Origin: an uncultured Nitrospiraceae bacterium
GTDB taxonomy: Bacteria; Nitrospirota; Nitrospiria; Nitrospirales; Nitrospiraceae
NCBI GenBank assembly: GCA_963706325.1
Contig: CAVPLT010000007.1
Location: forward strand, 160,001 to 224,000
Direction: 5' to 3'
DNA: 64,000 bases
The notes beneath the pieces are model-generated. The model saw only the letters and a list, made by a program, of their open reading frames with translations. It was not told the DNA's origin and ran no database searches. The position numbers and the translations under genes were made by a program. How positions within the stretch are numbered: position 1 is the stretch's first letter; each line of letters begins with the position of its first letter. Positions 45,688-56,116 of the stretch are shown here, one piece after another.

Positions 45688-47172
45688 CTACGATCCGCTT
45701 CTCGCTGTTTGACCAACCGGTGGAATAGGCGCGTTGCCGGCAGGCTTCGCGGGAAGCCACCCCCCGCCCAGCGCTTTGTAGAGTTGAACCATGGAGACCA
45801 GTTGCCCGCGTCGGGTCTTGGCGAGGGACAATTCCGCATCGAACAGGTTGCGTTGCGCGGTCAGGACATCGAGGTAATTGGCCCTCCCTCCCTGATAACG
45901 CTGGGTCGCGAAGTTTGATGCAGATTGTAACGCTTTGACTTGCTGCTCCTGAGCGTCCCGTCTTTCCCTCGTCTTTTGCACCGCAATCAGCCCGTCCTCC
46001 ACTTCCTTGAACGCGACCAGAATCGCTTTTTCATACTGTGCTAAGGCTTGCCGGGCTTGCGCTTCGGACGCCTGCACTTGATAGCCCAGGGCGGTCGCGT
46101 TGAGAAGCGGGCCGGTTAAGGTCGCGGATGCCCCTATCGTCGCAAAAGGCCCCGCTGCCAAGGAGTTGAACTGGAACCCGGCTCCGCCGGCCGCGCCGGT
46201 GAGGGAGAGCTGCGGAAAGCGTTGGGCCTGGGCGACTCCGATCGTGGCCGTCGCTGCAGCGAATTGCTGTTCGGCCTGGAGAATATCGGGGCGGCGTTGG
46301 AGTAACGCCGAAGGAAGACCGGGCGGTACATCCGGTGGCATGGGTTGCTCGATGAGAGCAAGACCGCGGGTAATCGCGCTCGGTCTGCGTCCCAGCAATA
46401 GACTGAGTTGGTTCTCTTTCTGAGTGACCTGTTGCTCCAGTTCGGCGAGTTGCGCGGCGGTTCCGGCCCGTTCTGCCTCGAAGCGATCCAGATCGAGTTT
46501 CGGTATATCCCCGTGATCGAAGCGCAGCCGAGAAATCCTGACGCTCTCTTCCCACGATTTCAGGGTCCGCTTGGCGATGTCGACCTGCAGATCGAGCGCG
46601 CGAAGATCGAAATAAGCTTCGGCGACGTTTCCAACCAATCCAATGATCACTGCCCGCTGGTTCTCTTCTTGGGACAACAGTTGGGCTCGCGACGCCTCGA
46701 TGGAGCGACGGATACGGCCCCAGAGATCAAGCTCCCATTTCAGGCCGACGACACCATATTCCCTTGAAAAGTCTGTCCCTCCTGACGATCCCACGGCGGG
46801 GCTTGGGATGATCGCGCCTGATCCAAAGGCCAACGCTTGATTATTCGTATTGTGATATGTCGAGGCCTCGGCCGTATAGCCGAGCGAGGGCGCCAGGTCG
46901 AATTTGGAGATCAGGAGCTGGGCGCGAAACTGTTCGACACTGGCCACGGCCACTCGCAGGTCTTGGTTTTCTTCGAGCGCGATGCGGATCAATCCCTGAA
47001 GTTCTTGGTCTTTAAGGAGGTCCCACCAGGGCAGATTGGCGAGGGATTCCGCGGTTGCTGGTGTCAGGCGCCAGGCGTCCCCGGCCGGCGTCTCCGGTTT
47101 CTTGTAGTCCGGGCCCATCATGCAGGAGCTGAGCGACAGGACGGACACCGTGGCGAGCATCCAGCGATACAT
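45688..47172 (-). CDS. RND efflux outer-membrane lipoprotein (OprM/NodT family)
   Basis: LSSCMMGPDY..P lipobox, WELDLWGR, LLQRRPDI, LYKALGGGW. Confidence 0.93.
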   Translation of the reverse strand: MYRWMLATVSVLSLSSCMMGPDYKKPETPAGDAWRLTPATAESLANLPWWDLLKDQELQGLIRIALEENQDLRVAVASVEQFRAQLLISKFDLAPSLGYTAEASTYHNTNNQALAFGSGAIIPSPAVGSSGGTDFSREYGVVGLKWELDLWGRIRRSIEASRAQLLSQEENQRAVIIGLVGNVAEAYFDLRALDLQVDIAKRTLKSWEESVRISRLRFDHGDIPKLDLDRFEAERAGTAAQLAELEQQVTQKENQLSLLLGRRPSAITRGLALIEQPMPPDVPPGLPSALLQRRPDILQAEQQFAAATATIGVAQAQRFPQLSLTGAAGGAGFQFNSLAAGPFATIGASATLTGPLLNATALGYQVQASEAQARQALAQYEKAILVAFKEVEDGLIAVQKTRERRDAQEQQVKALQSASNFATQRYQGGRANYLDVLTAQRNLFDAELSLAKTRRGQLVSMVQLYKALGGGWLPAKPAGNAPIPPVGQTARSGS

Positions 47173-47173
47173 G

Positions 47174-50100
47174 TCAGTGAGCTCCTTGTGTCCGCGCATG
47201 CGCGGGAATCTCGGTCGGATCAGAAGCCGGGAGATGCGCCTCTTCATTTCCTGAAGGGATGGGCGCCTTGGGCCTTGGACGATCATGACGATGCACCAGG
47301 GTTTCCACAAAGGTGTAGGCAACCGGAATCAAGAAGATCGCAATAACACTCGCCGCCAGCATCCCACCTAGGACGGCAATGCCGAGCAGGATCCTTCCTT
47401 GCGCGCCTGCTCCGGAAGACAGGACCAGCGGAACAACCCCGAGGATAAATGCGAATGACGTCATCAGAATGGGCCGCAGCCGCAAGCGGGCGGCAATGAG
47501 AGCTGCCTCCGCGACGCCCTTGCCCTTTTCGTATTCCACCTTCGCGAACTCCACGATGAGGATCGCATTCTTGGCCGAAAGTCCGATCAGCATGACGAGA
47601 CCGATTTGGGTAAAGACGTTATTCTCCAGACCAAGGACCCAGAGTGCGCCGAATGCGCCGAACACCGCAATCGGTGTGCAGAGTAAGACGCTGAACGGCA
47701 ATGCCCAACTCTCATACTGCGCTGCGAGGATGAGAAAGACGAACAGCAGCGAGAAGCCGAAGATCACACTCGCCGGTACCCCTTCCGCCGCAGCCTTCTC
47801 CTGAAAAGACATTCCGGAATAGTCATAGCCCATTTCGCGCGGCATCGTCTCGGCGAAGACTTCTTCGAGCGCCGCCATGGCCTGCCCGGAACTGTAGCCG
47901 GGCTTCGCGGAGACAAACAACTGGGCGGAGCGGTAGGCATTAAAGCGCATCGTGAATTCCGGGCCCGACATGGGCTCCATCGACACCAGCGCCGAGAGAG
48001 GTACCATATCGTTGGACGCGTTGCGGACATAAAACTGACCCACGTTGTCCGCACGGGTGCGAAAATCGCCGTCGGCCTGCACGTAGACCTGCCATACCCG
48101 CCCAAAGCGGTTGAAGTAGTTCACCATGACTCCGCCCATGAACGTCTGCAGCGTCTGATACACGTCTCCGAGGTTCACTCCCTGTTTCAGTACCTTATCC
48201 CGGTCCACCTTTGCGGAAACCTGGGGAACGCTGGGGATGAAGGTCGTGTTGACGGCTGCGATTTCTGGACGTTGACGGGCGGCCTCGATGAACTTCTGGG
48301 TATGCTCAGCCAGAAAGGCGACGTTCTTGCCGGCGCGGTCTTCGAGAACGAACGACACGCCCCCCGAGGTGCCGACGCCGGGAATCGCCGGCGGAGGGAA
48401 AAGGAACGCTTGAGCTTCAGGTAACTCAGCCAATTGCTGGTTGACGTTCTTGAAGATCGCCATGATTTTCTCATCAGGGTGCTTCCGTTCGTCCCATGGA
48501 GCCAGCGTCACGAAGAAAAACGTGTTGTAGGTGGTATTCACGGTGCTCAGGAGACTGAATCCGATGATGGCGGACGCATATTGGACACCGGGTGTGCGGC
48601 TCAGGATCTCTTCAATTCTTTTGGTGACCTCATCGGTCCTCTGGAGGGACGAGGCGGCCGGCAGTTGGACGTTCAAATATAGGTACCCTTGGTCCTCCAT
48701 CGGCAAGAACCCGTTCGGGAGCCGGCTGCCGAAGAATCCAGCGGCCACTGCAAACAAAACCAGGAGCATCATCGAACGCCCGCCTTTGCGAATCAAGTAT
48801 CCGCAGATTCCGACATATCCGTCGGTCGCCCGATCGAACCATCGGTTGAACCAGCCGAAGAAGAGACCCAGGGGACCTCTGGCTGGTTTCTTCGGGCGCA
48901 ACAGGAGGCTCGAGAGGGCGGGGCTGAGCGTGAGCGCGTTGAACGCTGAGATCACCACGGAGAGCGCAATCGTGATGGCGAACTGCTGGTACAGCCGTCC
49001 GGTAATCCCAGGGATGAAGGCGGTCGGTACAAAGACCGCGGCCAGGATAAGCGCGATTGCGATCACCGGTCCTGAGACCTCTTCCATCGCTTTGAAGGTG
49101 GCATCCTTCGGTGTCATGCCATGCTCAATGTGGTGTTCGACCGCCTCAACCACCACAATCGCGTCGTCCACGACCAACCCGATGGCTAACACCAGGCCTA
49201 ACAACGAGAGGGTATTGATCGAGAAGCCGAGCATGGGGAAGAGCATGAAGGTGCCGACAAGAGAGACCGGCACGGCCAGCAGGGGAATCAAGGTGGCACG
49301 CCAGCCCTGCAGGAAGATGAAGACGACCAGAATCACGAGCACCAACGCTTCCCCTAGGGTATGGACTATCTCATTGATCCCTTCCCTGACCGACAGTGTC
49401 GTGTCAAGCGAAACCACGTAGTCCAGGTCCGCCGGGAACCGAGCCTTCATCTCCTCCATCAGTTTCTTGGCCTGGTCCATGGTGTTGATTGCGTTCGATC
49501 CCGGAAGCTGGTACACCGCCACGATGGCCGCAGGTTTACCATTGAGCCGGCCCTTGTTCCCATAGCTTTGGGAACCCAACTCGATCCGGGCCACATCCTT
49601 GAGCCGCACGATCGACCCATCGCTATTGGCTCGGACCACGATCTGTTCAAATTCTTCCGGGCTGACCAGCCGGCCCTGCGCTCTGACGGTATAGGTAAAT
49701 TCCTGCCCCGTGGGAACGGGTTCCGCGCCGATTTGCCCTGCCGGGTTCACGGTATTCTGTTTCTTGATCGCCTCGAGAATCTCGGGGATCGTAATTTCGA
49801 GTTTGGCCAACCTGTCCGGGCGCACCCAGAACCGCATGGCGTATTGACCGGCGCCGAAGATCGTCACCTGTCCGATACCCGGCACACGGCTCATGGGATC
49901 ATTGATATTGATGTAGGCGTAATTGGTCAACCACAGGTCGTTGTAGGTCCCATTTGGCGAGGTGAGTGAAAAGAGAGCTAGAGGGCTGGTCGTCGATTTT
50001 TTGATATTGACGCCGTAGTTCCTGACTTCCTGCGGCAGTTGCGACTCGGCCTGCAGGTAGCGCATCTGCGTCAGAATTTGATCGTCATTCGGCTTGGTGG

Positions 50101-50389
50101 TGATGTCGAAGTTGACGCGCAACGTCATCGCTCCGTTGTTCGCATTCACGGAGTACATGTAGAGCATGTTATCCACCCCGCTCACCTGCTGCTCGATGGG
50201 GGTGGCAACGGACTGTTCGAGGGTCACCGCATCCGCGCCGACATAAGTGGCTGTCAGCATGATTTCAGGCGGAGCGATGTTAGGAAACTGCGCGATCGGG
50301 AGTTGAATCATCGCGACGACACCGAGAATCGTCATGATGATCGAGATGACCATCGCAACGATTGGGCGGTTGATGAAGAATTTTGCCAT
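47174..50389 (-). CDS. RND efflux permease (HAE1, AcrB/MexB-like)
   Basis: FFINRPI, GLVVDDAIVVVE, GLSAKNAILIVEFA, RLRPILMTS. Confidence 0.96.
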   Translation of the reverse strand: MAKFFINRPIVAMVISIIMTILGVVAMIQLPIAQFPNIAPPEIMLTATYVGADAVTLEQSVATPIEQQVSGVDNMLYMYSVNANNGAMTLRVNFDITTKPNDDQILTQMRYLQAESQLPQEVRNYGVNIKKSTTSPLALFSLTSPNGTYNDLWLTNYAYININDPMSRVPGIGQVTIFGAGQYAMRFWVRPDRLAKLEITIPEILEAIKKQNTVNPAGQIGAEPVPTGQEFTYTVRAQGRLVSPEEFEQIVVRANSDGSIVRLKDVARIELGSQSYGNKGRLNGKPAAIVAVYQLPGSNAINTMDQAKKLMEEMKARFPADLDYVVSLDTTLSVREGINEIVHTLGEALVLVILVVFIFLQGWRATLIPLLAVPVSLVGTFMLFPMLGFSINTLSLLGLVLAIGLVVDDAIVVVEAVEHHIEHGMTPKDATFKAMEEVSGPVIAIALILAAVFVPTAFIPGITGRLYQQFAITIALSVVISAFNALTLSPALSSLLLRPKKPARGPLGLFFGWFNRWFDRATDGYVGICGYLIRKGGRSMMLLVLFAVAAGFFGSRLPNGFLPMEDQGYLYLNVQLPAASSLQRTDEVTKRIEEILSRTPGVQYASAIIGFSLLSTVNTTYNTFFFVTLAPWDERKHPDEKIMAIFKNVNQQLAELPEAQAFLFPPPAIPGVGTSGGVSFVLEDRAGKNVAFLAEHTQKFIEAARQRPEIAAVNTTFIPSVPQVSAKVDRDKVLKQGVNLGDVYQTLQTFMGGVMVNYFNRFGRVWQVYVQADGDFRTRADNVGQFYVRNASNDMVPLSALVSMEPMSGPEFTMRFNAYRSAQLFVSAKPGYSSGQAMAALEEVFAETMPREMGYDYSGMSFQEKAAAEGVPASVIFGFSLLFVFLILAAQYESWALPFSVLLCTPIAVFGAFGALWVLGLENNVFTQIGLVMLIGLSAKNAILIVEFAKVEYEKGKGVAEAALIAARLRLRPILMTSFAFILGVVPLVLSSGAGAQGRILLGIAVLGGMLAASVIAIFLIPVAYTFVETLVHRHDRPRPKAPIPSGNEEAHLPASDPTEIPAHARTQGAH

Positions 50390-50449
50390 GCTGCTTAGTG
50401 TGTTTCTCGGCGTATGGTGAATGGAGAGAGCGGCTTACCGGACAGGCGC

Positions 50450-51601
50450 CTAGCTCTTCTGATCTTCCGACGCCGGGGTGGAAGATTTCGGAGTCACGGT
50501 CATGCCTTCCTTGATTTTTTGCAGTCCTTCTGCTACCACTCGCTCGCCCGGTTTGAGCCCCTCGTCAACGACCCACAAGTTGCCCGTTCGCTCTCCCACC
50601 TTGATCGGACGGACCTCTACCTTGTTATCGGGAGTCACGACGGCAATCTGATGGCCGCCTTGCAACTCCGTGACGGCGCGTTGGGGAACCAGAATCGCTC
50701 TCTCTTTGATCTGTGCAATGGCCCGCACTCGCCCGAACTGTCCGGGGCGAAGCAGATTGTCAGGGTTGGGAAATCGCGCTCCAACGCGAATGGTTCCCGT
50801 TTTCACATCGACCTGCCGGTCCGCAAGGAAGAAACTGCCCTTGTGCGGATACACCGATCCGTCGCTAAGGAAGAGCTCAAGGGTAGGCGTTCGCTTTCCA
50901 TATTCGCCGCTTTCTTGATAGGCGTGCCGAACTTTTTCCGCCACCTTGAGGTATTCCTGCTCGCTGACATTGATGTAGACTCGGATCGGATTGAGCGTGG
51001 ACATCGACGCCATCTCATCTCCAGGGCCAACCAGATCTCCGATTTGCGCTTTGGCAATGCCCACGACGCCGTCGATCGGCGCGGTGATTTTTGAAAAGGT
51101 AAGGTTGAGTTCCGCCTGCTCGACCGCCGCCTTCGCGGATGCCATCGAAGCCTTCGCGCCGAAATTGGCCTGTATCGAGTCGTCCAGTTCCTTCTGACTG
51201 ATCGCCCCTCCTTTGGCAAGCGGTGTATCGCGCTTGACGTCCAGTTCCGTTTTTACAAACTGTGCCCGGGCTTTTTCCCATTCACTTTTTGCTTGATTCA
51301 GCGCCGCTCGAAACCTCCGGGGATCAATCTCGAACAGGACGTGGCCCTTTTTTACGAATGCGCCTTCTTCGTAATTCTGCTTTATCAGGTATCCGCTCAC
51401 CTGAGCCTTGATGACCGCGTTGACCATACCGTCAGTCGATCCGACCCACTCGGCATACACCGGTACATCCTTCACTGCCACATCGGCCACCACCACTTCC
51501 GGAATGAGATGCACGGGTGTGGAAGAGGCATCCTGTTTGCACCCGCTATCGGTCACCGCCATGAGGCACAGCAACAGAGCTGCCGGTAGTGTTCTTAACA
51601 T
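50450..51601 (-). CDS. RND periplasmic adaptor (MFP); start uncertain
   Basis: AQVSGYL...VKKG..LFEIDPR, ITAPIDG, VDVKTGT, NPD.LLRPGQF, GLKPGERVV. Confidence 0.93.
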   Translation of the reverse strand: MLRTLPAALLLCLMAVTDSGCKQDASSTPVHLIPEVVVADVAVKDVPVYAEWVGSTDGMVNAVIKAQVSGYLIKQNYEEGAFVKKGHVLFEIDPRRFRAALNQAKSEWEKARAQFVKTELDVKRDTPLAKGGAISQKELDDSIQANFGAKASMASAKAAVEQAELNLTFSKITAPIDGVVGIAKAQIGDLVGPGDEMASMSTLNPIRVYINVSEQEYLKVAEKVRHAYQESGEYGKRTPTLELFLSDGSVYPHKGSFFLADRQVDVKTGTIRVGARFPNPDNLLRPGQFGRVRAIAQIKERAILVPQRAVTELQGGHQIAVVTPDNKVEVRPIKVGERTGNLWVVDEGLKPGERVVAEGLQKIKEGMTVTPKSSTPASEDQKS

Positions 51602-51777
51602 TCCCCTGCGGTAGGCTATCTGAGGAGTGGCAGTGTGACCACGCGGTAGCATGCTTCGTCTCCATGGACCATGGTATTCGAACGGCTTAATGCTGACGAT
51701 CATCGCTGGGCAAAAACCGTGAGTGCTGAGGCGCGCACGATGCGTCATCTTTATTACTAGGAGGGATGCGGAAGAGC

Positions 51778-51797
51778 AACTGTCAAAAGATACAGGT
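51778..51797 (-). promoter_or_regulatory. lux-box-like site 5 (rc ACCTGTATCTTTTGACAGTT) upstream of the RND operon
   Basis: Consensus match; TAATAA 21 bp downstream on the minus strand. Confidence 0.75.
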
Positions 51798-52085
51798 CTG
51801 CTTGATTACAATTGTTTATCGGCGGCAGTGCTATCAGATGGTTCGAAGGATGTCAACCGCGATATCACCCACTCTCGCCCAGCAGGTCCTTGCACGCGCC
51901 GCCGGGACAATTCTCTGTTCTGGGCGTCTTCAATCCTGGTTCGCTTGTCAGGATCAGGTTATGCTCGAAGTTGATCGAGGTTCCAACCAGCCTTGGCCAC
52001 ACCGGTGACCGGTACGTTGAGGTGGCCGCGGTTCACCCTCGCAAAAAGGCACCCTCACTCGTGAGTCGCTCAGTTAAGTCGCCGT

Positions 52086-52265
52086 CTAGGAGCCCGTCCG
52101 ACTAATCCTTCGTAGCGAGGCGAAGGAGTTGCCGGCGGATGCGAGGCCGCGGGCTCGGAAAAAACGGAAGCGCGTTCGCTGAATACGTTGATGATTTTTG
52201 CGGGCCGAGAACGACGCAGATGCCGGCAGTGCAGCAGAGTGGCATGACTCGGGGCAGGCTCCTAG
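52086..52265. mobile_element. ~180-bp MITE-like non-autonomous element
   Basis: Imperfect terminal inverted repeats CTAGGAGCCCGTCCGA / TCGGGGCAGGCTCCTAG; CTAG at both ends; no transposase. Confidence 0.7.
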
Positions 52266-52480
52266 TTCGACCGTGGCATAATGATTGACGTAAGACCTGT
52301 CGCCTGCAGCTTTGACAGGCTCGACTCAGGTGGAACGACCTGCAGATCGCTGTCCACAGTCCGGTCACAGCCCCCTGCTCCAGAGGGATTCGGCGACATC
52401 CCGGCACAGCCGACCTGGCAATGAGAGCTTTGCCGTCACTGGCCCTCGGTCGGCTGGTCGGTAGCCTAGGTTCCTTATTG

Positions 52481-53197
52481 TTACTTCATCAACTTGTCCG
52501 CCGCGTTGCGCAGATCGGTGGATTGCGGATTGCTGACGCTATGTTTGAGGATGATGTCCGTGGGCCTCACCGACTTTCCATAGTAGGCATGCTGAGAGTC
52601 GTCCGATACGGCAATCATGGAGCCGTCCAGTGACATTCCGGCAAACGCCCCCTTTGATCTGGCGTAGCCGACGAGGTCCGCGGTGATTCCTTTTGCTGAG
52701 CCGCCTTCGCCAACCGGTCCCACCGCCATGCTTACGTCACCGCCGAGTTTGAAATCGGTGCGATAAAACTTTTCCAAGCCTTTCTGATTTCTAACCACGA
52801 AGATCATCTCCGACACGTCGGCTCCGATTTGCAGGCCGAAAGTGGCGGAACCAATGGTATAAAACACTGGTTCAGACCATTTCTTGGACGCTTGGTCGCG
52901 CACGATCAGCACGCCGCTGCCGCCGGCGCCACCGAATACGAATGCACCCCGCAAGAACTGCGGCACGATGAACAGGGCTTTGGTCTCGCCCTTCAACTCG
53001 CGTATCACGCTACGAAGCCCCGGATCCGCGGCAAACGCGTCCAACGTCAGCTTCGCTTTCTCTACGAGTTGCTGCTGTTCCGAATCGGCCGCCCGGGTGG
53101 CCGTAGGGCCAACCACGACCATCGCACTGAGCAGCGCTGCGGCCATGAGTGCCCGCCGTGAATTGGCAACAAAAGGTTCTGACAAGATAGAAATCAT
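52481..53197 (-). CDS. Lipid-binding SYLF (Ysc84) domain protein, close paralog of 43379-44098
   Basis: Same motifs; both end LRNAADKLMK; GGAGG RBS. Confidence 0.9.
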   Translation of the reverse strand: MISILSEPFVANSRRALMAAALLSAMVVVGPTATRAADSEQQQLVEKAKLTLDAFAADPGLRSVIRELKGETKALFIVPQFLRGAFVFGGAGGSGVLIVRDQASKKWSEPVFYTIGSATFGLQIGADVSEMIFVVRNQKGLEKFYRTDFKLGGDVSMAVGPVGEGGSAKGITADLVGYARSKGAFAGMSLDGSMIAVSDDSQHAYYGKSVRPTDIILKHSVSNPQSTDLRNAADKLMK

Positions 53198-53278
53198 GAG
53201 GTTCCTCCCTGGAATTAGATGCATGGTGCATGTGCAGAAAGCATCGACGGCAGTATCACCGTTAGTTCATTCAAAATG

Positions 53279-53298
53279 AACTGTCAAAAGTAACAGTG
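53279..53298 (-). promoter_or_regulatory. lux-box-like site 6 (rc CACTGTTACTTTTGACAGTT)
   Basis: Upstream of the SYLF gene; GATACT 21 bp downstream on the minus strand. Confidence 0.72.
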
Positions 53299-53658
53299 AG
53301 TCTATTGTGGGTCGACACCGAATGTTACCGATACGAGGGACGCAACGAGTGTCGTCGAGGATCACGACGTTGGCGATGTTAAGAGTCCGACAGGCAATAT
53401 GCAATCTAAAATCTTCCTGCAGGCGATCCTTGACACTCTGAAGACTCCTGTGCGGCCTCCTGCGAGCGCTCGCTTCGTGATCAGACCCGGCGCGGACGGA
53501 GTTGATAAAGTAACATGTGTGAGGCTATTGGCCGCAGTGATCGGCATATTTGTTCGCCCATTAACAGTTTGCCTGTCCCGGGATCTCGCTCCACGCTTCT
53601 CGTCTATGCCAATGTCACATCACTTCCAGCTCCCGAGACGAGAGAGAGGCCGAGGTGG

Positions 53659-53678
53659 ACCTGTCAGTTTTGAAAGTG
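53659..53678 (+). promoter_or_regulatory. Degenerate lux-box-like site 7 (ACCTGTCAGTTTTGAAAGTG)
   Basis: One core mismatch; no -10 at the expected spacing; faces the HAD remnant at 53933. Confidence 0.5.
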
Positions 53679-53932
53679 TTTTCGTTTTGGGTGTGATCGG
53701 CGGTGCCACTGACGGCAATGCCGGGGAAGGCGCGGCCATCCGCGCTGGAATGATGAGACGAGGATAACCACGACGGCAAGCCGAAGCCGCTGAGCGGCAA
53801 GGCGAGCAGAAGTACGAAGTCAGCCTTAACGGATAAGCGGGCCGTTTCTGGCCTGTATGACCAATCATGGGTACAACGTCAGTTAAATTCGGAGAGAGGA
53901 ATCGCAACGAACAGACCGTGAAGGGGGACATC

Positions 53933-54072
53933 ATGAACGTCGAACGGGAATGGGCCTATGATTGCGAGTCGCATATCGGCAGTTGGGCAAAGCTCGATGA
54001 AGGCAATGTAACAGGCCGGACGTCGTGGATATGAACAATGACCGTGAGAAGGTGTTTCCGTTTGAGAAATAG
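53933..54072 (+). pseudogene. Second C-terminal remnant of a HAD-family hydrolase
   Basis: RBS + ATG followed by EREWAYDCESHIG...LDEG, frameshift, VVDMNNDREKVFPFEK*. Confidence 0.7.
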
Positions 54073-54305
54073 GGAAAGGGAGACGGTTCGTGGACAAAAG
54101 TGATGGGAAGCTGTATGCACAAATGAAAATGATGCGATAACACAGGCTCACGTTTCTAGATGAGATAACCCAATGAGCGTGACAGGGGGAGCACACGCAT
54201 CTTCTGAATGCCGTGGACCGTGATTTTTGTAGTGACTACGAGATGTCGACGCATGCATCTTGGCCCACCGAGCTGGTTGAGCCGCCAGAATCCTGCGAAC
54301 AAGCT

Positions 54306-55769
54306 CTACCTGAATTGTTCGCCGGCCGCCTTTCGCATCTCCAGCGTGCCCAGTTGCAGCCGGTAGGCGATGTAGTACTTGTAAATATTCCGCACATATT
54401 GGACCGTTTCCTGACCGATACGCCGTGCCGCCACAAGTTCGACATTGTTAAACCACACGTTAGGATCAAGTCCCCGGAGTTGCGCTTCCCGTCGCAGCTT
54501 GGCGATCCGGCCGGGACCGGCATTGTAGCTGGCGAACGCGAACAGCGTGCGGTTCTGTTCATCGAAATCCGCGTCGCGGAAGTAATCGTCGATCAGGTGA
54601 CGCATGTACTTGACCCCGCCGTGCACATTCGGTTCCGCCAGGCTGATGTCGCCCACCGCGAGTTCACTGCCGGTTGCCGGCATGATTTGCATGATGCCGA
54701 TGGCTCCGACGGGACTACGAGCGCTCTGGTCGAGCCGAGACTCCTGGTAGCCCTGGGCCGCGACCATGAGGTAATCGAAGCCGTACCGGTCGCCATACTT
54801 TTTAAACAGGGCGATAGTTTTCTCGAACTTCTTCCATTCATCGCTAACGGTGACGTTCTTCATCTGCTTGAACCGGCGGTGATAGGCAGCAAGACGCTGA
54901 ACCACAGTTTTGTTTCCGCGCGCGGAGGCAAGGAATTCATTCACCACCTGCGCAAGCTTTGGCGTGCCCTCCCGCATGGCCCACCCCACCTTGATGCCGG
55001 TGCGCACGGCAATTATCCGATGCACCTTCATCTTGTGGAGGACCTGTGCCCACAGGTCGGCTTTCCACTGGTCCACGACCATGATCCGAATAAGTCCGGC
55101 GTTCAGCATCTCCATCATGTCCTCGTCCTCGAGTGCGTCGGGCACGAGGCTGATGACCATGACCGGCTTTCCTTCACCGTTGAACCGCTCATTGAGAGCG
55201 ACCAGACTCTCATAGTAGCTGCTCGATCGGCGAACATGAACCTCTTGACCGGCGAGATCGCCCAGACTCTCCAGGCGCGGAGATGCAGGCCCTGTCGCCA
55301 CCACTTCTGAAAGGCGCTCCGCGATGGGCATTGAGAAGTTGACCTGGCCCCGCCGATCATCGGTGATGGTAAGATTACCCGCGACAAGGTCGCCATAGCC
55401 GGCGAGAAGTCTGGGAAACAGCTGGTCACGTGTAAGGGGAATAGCGAGGACCGTGATAGGGCGGTTGCCGGTCTTGTACTTTTCGTTCAGCCACCGCTCG
55501 AACTCGCGGAGAATGTCGGCGGTGAGTCCACGCTGGGTACCCCCATCATTGAAGAACAGGGTTCGGCTATAGGGCACCAACACGCGCACAATACGGCGCT
55601 CGAGCATGCGATCGAAGTCACCCAGCAAGGATTGGCCCTGAAGATCCAGCGCGGTGGCTTTTGACTGTGACATAGGTTGGCTGGCCATCGCCGGCCATGC
55701 GATCGTACCCAGCATCAGCGAACTCAACCCCGCCACAATCAGATGTGAGATGTAGGTTCTGGTTTTCAT
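54306..55769 (-). CDS. MltF-like lytic transglycosylase (substrate-binding domain + SLT domain)
   Basis: GDLVAGNLTIT..R, AQGYQESRLDQ, GAIGIMQIMP.T, ASYNAGPG, ETVQYV. Confidence 0.92.
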   Translation of the reverse strand: MKTRTYISHLIVAGLSSLMLGTIAWPAMASQPMSQSKATALDLQGQSLLGDFDRMLERRIVRVLVPYSRTLFFNDGGTQRGLTADILREFERWLNEKYKTGNRPITVLAIPLTRDQLFPRLLAGYGDLVAGNLTITDDRRGQVNFSMPIAERLSEVVATGPASPRLESLGDLAGQEVHVRRSSSYYESLVALNERFNGEGKPVMVISLVPDALEDEDMMEMLNAGLIRIMVVDQWKADLWAQVLHKMKVHRIIAVRTGIKVGWAMREGTPKLAQVVNEFLASARGNKTVVQRLAAYHRRFKQMKNVTVSDEWKKFEKTIALFKKYGDRYGFDYLMVAAQGYQESRLDQSARSPVGAIGIMQIMPATGSELAVGDISLAEPNVHGGVKYMRHLIDDYFRDADFDEQNRTLFAFASYNAGPGRIAKLRREAQLRGLDPNVWFNNVELVAARRIGQETVQYVRNIYKYYIAYRLQLGTLEMRKAAGEQFR

Positions 55770-56116
55770 CTTGATAGTTCCTTTCCCGCTGTCCCGCATC
55801 ATCCTCCTTACATGCGGCAGGTAACCCAACGGGTTCCGGGGATCCGCTAGAACAGGTGGAGAATTCCAGAGAGATAACCAACTCCAAGCGAGGGGAAACT
55901 CATACCCGTCAAGCGCGGTTGATCACGTGGAGTTGGAAGAGCCGGCAGGGAGCATCGCGTCGTCGTCATCGCCTAACCCGGACAAAAGTCGCGCTAGAGT
56001 GAAACGGAGGGGGTGAGTCAGGGGCACCGGGCTTGATGGCCTCGCACGATTTTGATGGATCTAGGAACCAGCAAGCGTGCCATGACTTTCGCCGAGATGG
56101 CTTCACGACAGTCAGA

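Noticed and set aside
52301..52320. GCCTGCAGCTTTGACAGGC dyad near the MITE
   Set aside because: CTG-N9-CAG, one base short of consensus, and no correctly placed -10.
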